Part shown: positions 38,205-50,195 of the stretch, piece after piece
Position numbering within the stretch: position 1 is the stretch's first letter
Layout of the letters: the number at the start of each line of letters is the position of its first letter
Assembly (NCBI RefSeq): GCF_963921235.1
Contig: NC_086124.1
Location: forward strand, 24,366,001-24,430,000
Direction: 5' to 3'
DNA: 64,000 nt
From: Mobula hypostoma
Taxonomy: Eukaryota
Notes under the pieces: generated by a model
Databases searched by the model: none
Told to the model about the DNA's origin: nothing
What the model saw: the letters and a program-made list of their open reading frames with translations, nothing else
Translations under genes and position numbers: made by a program

Positions 38205-39180
38205 GTGAGGAGCGCAGCGCCCCAGGGATGGGAGGCGCCGGGGGAGGGGGCACCGATGGAGCGTAGGGAGGTAGAGGGGGGTGGGGACACTGAGGGAGGG
38301 TGGGCAAGAGAGGGAAGAGGGCAACTAGGGAGGGAGGGGAAGGTAAAGGTCAGGAGGGAAAGGGAGACCTCGCTGAAGGAAGGTGGAGAGAGTAGCACCA
38401 AGGGAGGGTGGGGAGATGAACTGAGGGAGGGTTAAGAGGGGAGGGGAGGGAAATGGGCACCGATGGAGGGTGGGGAGAAGAGGGGAGTGATATTGAGGCA
38501 GGGTGGGGAGTGAGCACCAAAGGAGGGTGGAGAGCTGAGGGGAAGGGTGCCAATGGAGGGTGGGGAGGGGGTGAAAAGGGAAGGTGGGGAGGAGTGGGCG
38601 CCAATGGAGGGTAGTGGAGTGGGCACCATGGGAGGGGAAGGGGATCCAAAGGAGAGGAGAGAGGGCATCGAATGGGCATGGGAAGGGAAGGATGCACTGA
38701 GAGAGAGCAGAGAGGGAGGGAGTGGAGGTGGATTGAGTATCGTTGAGGGGTTGGTGGAAGGGGAGGAGTCATTGGGGATGGTTGTGTGGGAGAGGAAATA
38801 GGGTGCCAAAGGTGTGTGGGGAGGGAGAGGGGTGCTAAGGGTGGGACGGAGGGCTGAGGAGTGGAGTTGTGGGGGTGCAGAGAGTGGGGAGGATAGAGGG
38901 CACTGAGATTGGGAGGAGAGGGGGCTATGGGTGAGTGGGTGGGGAGGGACTGCCAAAGATGTTTGGGGAGGGAAGTAGTCACTGAGGGTGGGTAGGGACA
39001 GAGGGAGTGAGTGGAGAGTTGGGTGTGGACAGTGAGGAGAGATGTCTGTGGGGAGAGGTGTTGAGGGAAGGACACTTCAATGGTGAGGAGGGGTTTGGGC
39101 GAAGAGGTGGGTGGGGACGTGGGCATCGAACTGAGGAAGAGGTGGGTGCCGAGAGTGAGGGTGAAGGGTCAGCAGCACCA
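38205..39180 (+). repeat. G/A-rich low-complexity tract filling most of intron 1 of copy 2
   Basis: Continuous GGGA/GGGG-rich sequence with very strong G skew. Confidence 0.8.
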
Positions 39181-39383
39181 CCACCAAATCCCAGCTATTG
39201 GAGTTTTACGGTGGGAGGGAGAGGTGGCTCTGGAGGAGTGGCACCTGTTGCCGTCAGAATGGTGAGGTATCCACAGAAGGGAGAGACAAATTTGTTCTTT
39301 CAGTTTGATTAATTTTAAGGTTTTAAAATAAGCCATTTCACTCTTACAAATGGTTAATGGATCGATTATTATCTGCTTGCCAG

Positions 39384-39633
39384 GAATGCACATCGGTCAA
39401 GTGACTTTCTCTGGTAAAGGTTCAGAGTTCTCAATGGCTACCCTGCAGTTTGCTTACAATGGAGAAGTGGCTGTTTGCTTTGATTATACAACAGGAAAGT
39501 TTGTGGCCATCAATCCATTGTAAAGTCTTTCGTGGACGATCTGAACTGCAATTGAAAGGTTATCAGAAATGTTGCCCGCTATGTTAATGACATGCCATGG
39601 AGATCGTTCACCTGGTTGTTCAAGCTCTGACGG
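39384..39633 (+). pseudogene. Exon 2, MHC membrane-distal domain (class I alpha2/class II beta1 type), frameshifted
   Basis: Acceptor ttgccag, donor G|gtaagt at 39634. Reconstructed GMHIGQVTFSGKGSEFSMATLQFAYNGEVAVCFDYTTGKFVAINP/VKSFVDDLNCN*KVIRNVARYVNDM/AMEIVHLVVQALT. Length is 250 nt (252 minus 2). Frameshifts near 39518 and 39593; TGA at 39553-39555. Confidence 0.8.
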
Positions 39634-41437
39634 GTAAGTTTATTTTCACAAAAAAAATTTGCAGATGCTGGAAATCCGAGCAGCACACACAAAGTGCTGG
39701 AGGAGCTCAGCAGGCCAGGCAGTATCTATGGAAAAGAGTACAGACGACGTTTCGGACTGAGACCATTCATCAGGACTGGAGAAACAAGTTGAGGAGTCAG
39801 AGTTAGGAGGTGGAGAGGGGTGAAGTAAGGAGCTGGGAAGTTGATTGGGAAAAGAGGTGCAGGACTGGAGGAGGAGGAATCTGATAGGAAAGGACGGAAG
39901 GGCATGGAAGAAAGAAAGGGGGGAAGCACCAGAGGGAGGTGATGTGCAGGTAAGGTGAGAGAGGGAAAAGGGAATGGGGAATGATGAAGTGGGGGGGGGT
40001 GTTATTACTGGAAGTTCGAGAAATCGATGTTCATGCAATCAGGTTGGAGGCTACCCAGGTGGAATATGAGATGTTACTCCTCCAACCTGAGTGTGGCCTC
40101 ATCCTGACAGAAGAGGAGGCCATGGCATGGGAGTGGGAAGTGGAATTAAAGTTTTGTTTTCAAAGCGATGTTCAAGCAGGCTGTGTGGCATAGGCTGACA
40201 GAGAGGGCAAAACAAGGGAACACACGCACCAGTCCTCAAAGAGGAATCAGAAGCGGAGGGAGTGAGCAATTTCAAGTTATTAGGCGACAATATCTCTGAG
40301 GATCTATCCTGGGCCCTACATGTCGAGGCAGTTATAAAAAGGCACAACAGCGGCTATATTTCATTACGAGTTTGAGGAGATTTCGTATGTCAAATTTCTA
40401 CAGATATACCATGGAGAGGTACAACTGGCTGCCCATGTGGGGAGGGGGTGTAGATACTGCAAAGGGTTGAAAGAAGCTGCAGAAAGTTGTGAACTCAGTC
40501 AGTTCCATCATGCGTACGATCCTCCTTAGCATTTAGGAAACTTCAAGGAGTGATGCCTCAAAAAGGCAACATCCATCATTGAGGACCCTCACCACCCAGG
40601 ACATGCCCTCTTCTCAGTGCTCCCTTCAGGGAGGAGGTACAGGAGCCTGAAGGCACACACTAAAGGATTCAGGAAAAGCTTCTTCCCTTCTGCCATCAGA
40701 TTTATGAACAGTCCATGAAAAACCCATGAACATAACCTCACTATTTTTGCTCTCTATCTGAACTATTTATTTCATTTAAATATGTTTATAATTGTAATTT
40801 ATTCCTTTAATGTATTACACCATATTGCTGGCAGAAGACAGCAAACTTGTCAGGAAGAAGACCTGATACTCAGTGACCACTTTATTAGGTTTTTCCTGTG
40901 GCTAATAAAGTGGCCACTGAGTGTATGTTCGTGGTCTTCTGTTGCTGTAGCCCACTGTTTCCCAACTTCTTTTAGCCCCATGCCTCCCTAAAGCACTTTC
41001 ATACTAGCCAATACTCCTCTTAGGCACAATGTACTTTCTGACACCCCCATGGTGTAAAAGCATGTCTACCATATGCTAACATGAGAAAACTGATTCTGAT
41101 TTAAATTTTTATTTGTCTTTAAACCTAGCTTACACAGTACCTACACACTGTACAGCAGCTTCGATATGAAGGTGATCCTTGAGCTTGAAGGTTTTTTTTT
41201 AGCAAGAATTGAAATATCTGGTTCAAGTTGTGACAGCAAAAGCCTTAAGTCAAGGCTTTTGAATCACACGTGACAATATCCAAGCGGTTTCTGTTTTTTT
41301 GTGAGTTTGTGGTTCATTGCACTTTCAATAAGGTAGGAGGATAGAAATGCAACGAAGAACAGTTTGGCTCTTCTTCAAAGACCAGGAAACTTCATATGAC
41401 CCTCTAGCCACATACCACAGAAGTCGACATCTTTTAA

Positions 41438-44400
41438 TTTTTTTATTTTTTATTTTTATTGAAGGAAGGACACAATACAGAATACATAATGGATTACATT
41501 TTCCTCCATTTTGCTTTTATATCTTACCCCTAAATAAACCTCCCCTCGCCTGCCCTCCCTGAACATACCATGGCAGCTGTATTTATAATATTATTTATTG
41601 TATTTACAATACAACAATTCACAAATACAAGTACAGACATTTCACAGCCATACCCCCACACTACTTAAAGACGAAGGCCCACATACATCCACAACATGTC
41701 AGATGATCCAAAATACACTCATATTACAACTCAACAACCACCCATAAACCATATGCGTGTTAAAAGGGAGACAACTTCCCAAGTACAATCAAATGCCCTC
41801 AGCTCGTAGGTAATTCCTTAAGACCTCCAAAATATGACAAGAAAGGTCCCCATTTTGAATAGAATTTTTTCACAAACCCTCTCAAAGTGAATTTAATCTT
41901 TTCTAATTTTAGAAAAAACATTACGTCCTCTAACCAAGCAGCAGCAGATGGGGGACTGGCAGATTTCCAGACCAGCAAGATTCTCCTACAGGCCAATAGC
42001 GATGTAAATGCAATGATATCCGACTGGCTTGCATTTAAACCCAAAACATCATCTGCCACACCAAATACAGCTATAAGCAGGCAAGGTCTCAGTGTCACCC
42101 CCAAAACCTCACTGATAATTTTAAAAACCAGTGCTCGATAGCCATCAAGCCGAGAACAAGACCAAAATGTATGCACTAAACCAGCCGGAGAGAACACTTG
42201 TCACAGCCAGCGTCTGTCCCGGGATATATGTCAGCAAGGCTGGCTTTACATAAATGTACCCTGTGTAAAACTTTAAATTGTATGAGCCCCAGTCTAGCAC
42301 ATGATGATGAGAAATGAACCCTATTCAATGCTTTTGCCCAATATTCTTCAACCAGATCCATACCAAGGTCATTCTCCCACCTAGTTTTAGTTTTGTTTAG
42401 ATCTTGAACTCCCAAAGACATCAGCTGAGAGTATAGTACAGAGATCAGCCCTTTATTATTAAAGCTAAGAGTGAGTTTTTCCCACAATATAGCAGGTGGT
42501 AGATCAGGAAAAAAGGGAAATTTTTCCTTGACAAAGTGGCGAATCTGCAGGTATTTAAAAAAATGATTATGCGGAAGGCCATACTTACCGTGCAGGTTAT
42601 CAAAACTATCAAATATGTTATCAGTATACAAATCCTTAATGCACATAAGACCGTTCAAACCCCATTGTCTGAAAGCTGAATCGAATGTGGAGGGAAGAAG
42701 TAGATGGTTTCTATGAATGGGACCCAAAACTGAAGCTGATGTGAACTTACAGTGGAGCGAAATTGATTAAAAATTTTGAGGGTGGAGAGCACGACCGAGT
42801 TAAATGTGAATTGAGAGGATTTCAATGGTAAGGAAGAATACACTAAAGCTGGGAGAGACAAGGAGTGGCAAGACCGTGACTCAAGCAGGCACCAGATTAT
42901 ATCTGGCTGGTGGAGCCAAAATAATACTTTTTGAATGTTTGATGCCCAGTAATAATGAATAAAGCTAGGAAGGCCCATTCCACCTACGACACGACCTCTT
43001 TGGAGAGTGCGCTCATTAACCCTTGAGACCTTATTTTCCCAAATAAAGGAAGTTATAGCTTGGTCGACTGATTTGAAAAATAACTTCGATAAGAAAACTG
43101 GCAAGCACTGGAACAAATAAAGAAATCTGGGAAGTTTAGACATTTTCACTGATCGAATTCTCCCGGCTATAGTAAGAGGTAAACTGCACCATCTCTCAAA
43201 ATCAGCCTTTAATTGGCTAACCTGAGGCCTGTAGTTAGCTTCAGAGGTGTAAAAGAGTGAGTAACATGTATTCCTAGGTATACAAAACCATCCTGAGATA
43301 CAGGAAAAGGCAAAGATTCCTGTCGGATCTGTAGGGCCAAGTTATTAATGGGAAATCATTTGCTTTTTTGAAGGCTCAGTTTATAGCCAGAGAAGGCTCC
43401 AAATTGACCTAATAATGATACAATAGCAGGACTGCTACCTGCAGGGTCGCTAACATAAAGTAAGAGGTCATCAGCATATAGGGATACACGGTGTTCCATG
43501 TTCCCTCTCCTAACACCTTGAAATCATGTAGTTGACAAGTGCAATAGAAAGAGGCTCAATTGCAATTGCAAAAAAGAAGAGGGGACAATGGGCAGCCTTG
43601 GTGAGTGCCACGTCTTAATGGGAAATAGTCAGATCGAAAATAATTTGTCTGTATACACACTAAAGGCAAGTGATATAATAGCTTAACCCAGGCTACAAAT
43701 ATACTGCCAAATCCAAATTTCTCCAAAACTCTAAACAAGTATACCCACTCCACTCTATCAAACGTCTTCTCCGCATCCAAGGAGATAACAACCTCCGGAC
43801 TCGGAGAATCACTGGGTGAATAAACCACATCAGCCAGTCGACGGATATTAAAAAAAGAATGACAATATTTAATAAAACCTGTTTGATCATCTGAAATTAT
43901 CTTGGGAAGGGGACGTTCTAAACGGCACGCAAGCACTTTAGCCAAAATTTTCACATCCACATTCAAAAGTGAGATGGGGCGATATGATCCACATTGAGTC
44001 AGGTCCTTGTCCTTTTTAAGAAGAAGTGAAATAGATGCCTATGAAAGAGTAGGGGGTAAGGGACCATTCTCCAAAGATTCCTGAAACACTTCTAGAAGGA
44101 CCGGTATGAGCTTATCCTTAAATTTCTTATAAAATTCTATCAGATCATCATCAGGACCTGGGGACTTACCACTCTGCATAGCCATAATGGCATTATTAAT
44201 CTCTTCCTGCCCCAAGAGCCCGATCTAAATTCTCCACCTCCTCTGGTTCAAGAGTTAGTATTTCCAAATTATCTAAAAAACGTTCCATATTTGTTATATC
44301 TGATGGAAACTCTGAGGTATACAGAGAGGAATACAAAGTTGCAAAGATGTTATTAATCTCTTTTGGATTGCTTGTCAACCTTTGATGCGCGTCTCTTATC

Positions 44401-47400
44401 TGGGGAATAAGTCGTGATGCAGCTTGACGCTTCAACTGATGAGCCATAAGCCGGCTCGCCTTGTCACCATATTCATAATAGAGGCCACGTGTCCTAAGAA
44501 TTAATTGTTCTGATAGGTTTGTAGAGAGAAGATTAAACTTTGCTTGCAAATCAGCCCAGCTTTTATATAATTCCGCAGTGGGTGCCTCAGAATATTGCCT
44601 ATCCAGGTCCAAAATAGATTGCGATAACACTTGCATTTCCTTCCTATGCTCTTTATTGGCATGTGAAGTATGAGATATTATTTGACCCCTCAAGTAAGCT
44701 TTTAAAGTTCCCCAAAGTAAAGAGTACGATACAGACTCAGTTTTGTTGGTCTCGAAGAATGTGTCAATGTTAGCCGATATACAACTACAAAATTTCTCAT
44801 TGGAAAGCAAAAGGGGGTTAAGTCTCCACAGAGGCCATTCTCTAATGTTTAAAGGAAAACATGGGTTCTGTTTCACGGGCGAGTGATCAGATATAACTAT
44901 AGCAGTGTACTCAATTTGTCTAATCATTAGTATCAAGGAGCTATCTATAAAGAAATAGTCTAGCCTGGAATAGGAGTGGTGAACATGAGAAAAGAAAGAG
45001 AATTGCCTAACTGATGGATTCAAAAATCTTCAAGGTTCCATATAACCATTTTCATAGAAAATAGGTGCAGGAGTAGGCCATTCAGCCCTTCGAGCCTGCA
45101 CCGCCATTCAGTATGATCATGGCTGATCATCCAACTCAGAACCCTGTACCTGCCTTCTCTCCATACCTCCTGATCCCTTTAGCCACAAGGGCCATATCTA
45201 ACTCCCTCTTAAATGTAGCCAATGAACTGGCCTCAACTGTTTCCTGTGGCAGAGAATTCCACAAATTCACCACTCTCTGTGTGAAGAAGTTTTTCCACAT
45301 CTAGGTCCTAAAAGGCTTCCCCTTTATCCTCAAACTGTGATCCCTCGTTCTGGACTTCCCCAACATTGGGAACAATCTTCCTGCATCTAGCCTGTCCAAT
45401 CCCTTTAGAATTTTATACATTTCAAATAAGATCCCTCCTGAATCTTCCAAATTCCAGAGACTATAAGCCGAGTCGATCCAGTCTTCCATCATATGAAAGT
45501 CCTGCCATCCCAAGAATCAATCTGGTGAACCTTCTTTGTACTCCCTCTATGGCAAGAATGTCTTTCCTCAGATTAGGGGACCAAAACTGCACACAATGCT
45601 CCAGGTGTGGTCTCACCAAGGCCTTGTACAACTGCAGTAGTACCTCCCTGCTCCTGTACTCGAATCCTCTTGCTATGAACGCCAGCATACCATTTGCCTT
45701 TTTCACCGCCTGCTGTACCTGCATGCCCACTTTCAATGACTGGTTTACAATGACACCCAGGTCTCGTTGCACCTCCCCTTTTCCTAATCGGCCACCATTC
45801 AGATAATAATCTGTTTTCCTGTTCTTGCCACCAAAGTGGATAACCTCACATTTATCTCCATTAAATTGCACTTGCCATGAATTTGCCCACTCACCTAACC
45901 CATCCAAGTCACCCCGCATCCTCTTAGCATCCTCCTCACAGCTGACACTGCCGCCCAGCTTCGTGTCATCCGCAAACTTGGAGACGCTGCATTTAATTCC
46001 CTCGTCTAAGTCATTAATATATATTGTAAACAACTGGGGTCTCAGCACTACGCCTTCTGGTACCCCACTAGTCACTGCCTACCATTCTGAAAAGGTCCCA
46101 TTTATTCCCACTCTTTGCTTCCTGTCTGTCAACCAATTCTCCATCCACATCAATACCTTACCCCCAATACTGTGTGCTTTAAGCTTGCACACTAATCTCC
46201 TGTGTGGGACCTTGTCAAAAGCCTTTTGAAAATCCAAATATACCACATCCACTGGTTCTCCCCTATCCACTCTACTAGTTACATCCTCAAAAAATTCTAT
46301 GAGATTCGTCAGACATGATTTTCCTTTCACAAATCCATGCTGACTTTGTCCGATGATTTAACTGCTTTCCATCAATGTTCTGTTATCACATCTTTGATAA
46401 CTGACTCTAGCATTTTCCCCACCACCGATGTCAGGCTTACCGGTCTATAATTCCCCGGTTTCTCTCTCCCTCCTTTTTTAAAAAGCGTGGTTACATTAGC
46501 CACCCTCTAATTCTCAGGAACTAATCCAGAATCTAAAGAGTTTTGAAAAATTATCACTAATGCATCCAATATTTCTTGGGCTACTTCCTTAAGCACCCTG
46601 GGATGCAGACCATCTGACCCTGGGGATTTATCTGCTTTTAATCTCTTCAATTTACCAAACACCACTTCCCTACCGACATGTATTTCCCTCAGTTCCTCCA
46701 TCTCACTAGACCTTCGGTCCCCTACTATTTCCAAAAGATTACTTATGTCCTCCTTGGTGAAGACAGAACCAAAGTAGTTATTCAATTGGTCTGCCATGCC
46801 CTTGTTCCTCATGATCAATTCATCTGTTTCTGCCTGTAAGGGACCTACATTTGTCTTAACCAATCTTTTTCTTTTCACATATCTATAAAAGCTTTTACAT
46901 TCAGTTTTTATGTTCTCTGCCAGCTTTCTCTCATAATCTTTTTTCCCTTTCCTAATTAAGCCCTGTGTCCTCCTCTGCCGGACTCTGAATTTCTCCCAGT
47001 CCTCAGGTGTGACGCTTTTTCTGACTAACTTGTAGGTTTCTTCTTTAGAATTGATACTATCCCTAATTTCCCTTGTCAGCCACGGGTGCACTACCTTCCC
47101 TGGTTTATTCTTTTGTCAATCTGGGATGAACAATTGTTGGAGTTCATCCATGCGATCTTTAAATGCTTGCCATTGCATATCCACCGTCAACCCTTTCAGT
47201 ATCACTTGCCAGTCTATCTTAGCTAATTCACGTCACATACCTTCAAATTTACCCTTTTTAAGTTCAGAACCTTTGTTTCTGAATTAACTATATCACTCTC
47301 CATCTTAATGAAGAATTCCACCGTATTATGGTCACTCTTACCCCAGGGGCCTCACACGACAAGATTGCTAACTAACCCTTCCTCATTGCTCACTACCCAG

Positions 47401-50195
47401 TCTAGAATGGTCTACTCTCTAGTTGGATCCTTGACATGTGGATTCAGAAAACTATCCCGCATACATTCCAAGAAATCCTCTTCCTCAGCACCCTTACCAA
47501 TTTGGTTCATCCAATCTATATGTAGATTGAAGTCAGCCAGGATAACTGCTGTTCCTTTATTGCACACATTTCTAATTTCCTGTTTAATGCCATCCCCAAA
47601 CTTACTACTACTGATAGGTGGCCTGTACACAACTCCCACCAGCGTCTTCTGTCCCTTAGTGTTATGCAGCTCTACGCATATCGATTCCACATCCTCCCAG
47701 TTAATGTCTTTCCTTTCTATTGCGTTAATCTCCTCTCTAACCAGCAATGTCACTCCACCTTCTTTCCTTTCATGTCTATCCCTCCTGAATATTGAATATC
47801 CCTGAATGTTGAGCTCCCATCCTTGGTCACCCTGGAGCCATGTCTCTGTGATCCCAACTATATTATATTTATTAATAACTATCTGCACATTCAATTCATC
47901 CACCTTGTTATGAATGCTCCTTGCACTGATACACAAAGCCTTCAAGCTTGCTTTTACAACACTCTTAGCCTTTATACAATTATGTTGAAAAGTGGTCCTT
48001 TTTGATTTTTGCCCTGGATTTTGTTGCATAAACATCGAGAAGGCCTTTGCCATACCAGAAAATGTTCCCCTAGAGCTAGACCTATCAAGCAGTGGGTCAA
48101 TAGCACAGTTCAAATCTCCTGAAAAGATTAGATGGTGTGTATTCAGGTTAGGTATTAATGACAAAACCTTATTTGCAAAGTGGACGTCGTCCCAATTAGG
48201 GGCATAAACATTTACCAAAAGGACAGGTATCTGAAAAAGAGATCCAGAGACTATAATAAAACGACCATTAGGGTCACTGATTACATCAGATGGTGTAAAC
48301 TGCATTCTATTGGTGATTAATATTGCCACCCCCTTGGACCTACTATTAAATCTGGAATGAAAAACCTGACTAATCCATGCTTTACGAAGTCTATTATGGT
48401 CTGCCACTATTAAATGTGTCTCTTGTTGAAATAGTATATCTGCTTTTAATTGTTTCAGATGAGAGAAAACTTCAGCTCTTTTAACAGGACCATTGAGCCC
48501 CTTTACATTCCAAGAAATAAACCTCACAGGGTGGCCTCCACCAGCAGCACTCATGTCAACCATATCAAAAAACAAACAGGGCCCACAATCCAAAACAGTG
48601 CAAGGGCACAAGCTGCACACAATAACGCACAATGAAAAGGAAGTCTGGCCAATCCGTAACACACAAAACAATAAGCTGCCATGGTGCCATGCAAAACACT
48701 CCCCCCACCCCTTTACACAAACAACAAAAAAACCCAATTAACCCCCGAAAACTAGATCTACCTCCCCAACTGAGGATGATCACAGGCAGTACCCAACAAA
48801 ACACTTCCAAAGCGTTCCCCATACAACCAAACTTTCAATCTAATCCAGGGTGGCTCCCCTCCTTAAAATTTATACCATCACTTTAATATATTTAGGCTAA
48901 AGATAACACAGGTCAAGCAAAACATTAAAAAAAAACTAGGAAACTAAACGCCAGAGATACAAATCCCAAATATTTACATTTTGCTGGTTGAAAGTTTTTG
49001 TTAATCAGATTCCGCAGCACAGCAATTCGACCTGATTGTGTTCCTCAAATTAAACTGGAAAAAATGGACAAAGAAGTGGATTGTGAAAATTAACAGTTTG
49101 CCTCGGCTAGAGGCCCCTTCAATGCTGCATGAATAACCTAAAAAAAAAGTCATTGCTCTTCTCGTTCTTCTTCTCCCCAGTGCGAATGGGAAAACTCTTT
49201 GGCCGCCTCTGGTGAATCAAAATAATGCTTTTTACCTTCATGCATGATCCGGAGCCAGGCAGGATACAAGAGGCCAAACCTGACCCCTTTCCTGTAAAGC
49301 AGGGATTTCACCTTGAAAGCTGCTCGTTTTTTCCCCAGCTCCGCACTAAAATCTTCATGAAAAAACACACGATGTCCGTGGAAATACAGCTTCTGCTTCC
49401 ATCTATTGATACATTGCTTATCTTAAAGAAGTGAAAGAGAACCAGGAACGTTCTTGGTTTTGTTTGCTTAGCTTCAGAGACACCGGATGGTTTAGGCCCA
49501 ACTTGGTGAGCACGAGAAAGCACGAGAGGCCTTGGGAAGAAATTTGTCCCCAGCACTTCGTCAAAAAACTCGGTCATAAGTTTAACAGAGTCCGAACCTT
49601 CCAAATTTTCAGGAATGCCGACCACTCTCAAATTGGATCTCCACGACCGATTTTTGAGGTCATCAAGCTTTCTCTTCAGAAACGCGTTTTCGCTCTGCAA
49701 CGCTGCAATGGCGGCTTCGGCGCTCACCGGTCAGTCACTGTAATCATTCAGGCCGTCTTCAACCCCACGAATGCGTTCATCGTGTGACTCGTAATAAGAC
49801 ATAATTTGTTCCATGGTAGCATTCACTGGTGACAAAGCATCTTCAAGTTCTCTTTTTAGGGTAGAATGCATCACTTGCATCATGTCAGTAAGAAGTACTA
49901 AACGAAGCCTCTCCAAGTCATCGGGCAGTGCAGGTCCAGGTCCAGCAACGTGCAACAGCACCATTACTGTAACATCAGCTTTCTTGCTCGAGGCTTCACT
50001 ATCTGTTTCCCCAGTTTTACTTCGAAGGTACATTTTATTTGCCATTTCAGTGTCCAGCAACGTCCCGGGTTGTTCACAATGTTAAATATTCAGTTATCTC
50101 AAGCATACGGCAAAGATAAACAGGTAGATTTTCAATAAAAATTGGGAGCCACACTCACACGCACCCAGTCACTCCATGCTCAATCTGGAAGTCCC
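41438..50195 (-). mobile_element. Full-length, decayed L1-clade LINE
   Basis: TSD AAGTCGACAT(C)TTTTAA at 41421-41437 and 50198-50213. Poly-A at the left end. ORF1 fragments 50060-49150. ORF2 starts near 48560 (FISWNVKGLNGP, QETH), with many frameshifts. Confidence 0.9.
45053..48017 (-). mobile_element. CR1 LINE inserted into L1 ORF2
   Basis: APE (GITETW) and RT (LDFQKAFDKVPH, KFADDTK) motifs. ATTTT flanks both sides (45048-45052 and 48018-48022). Excision restores L1 MQQNGY...RFLNP. Confidence 0.9.
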
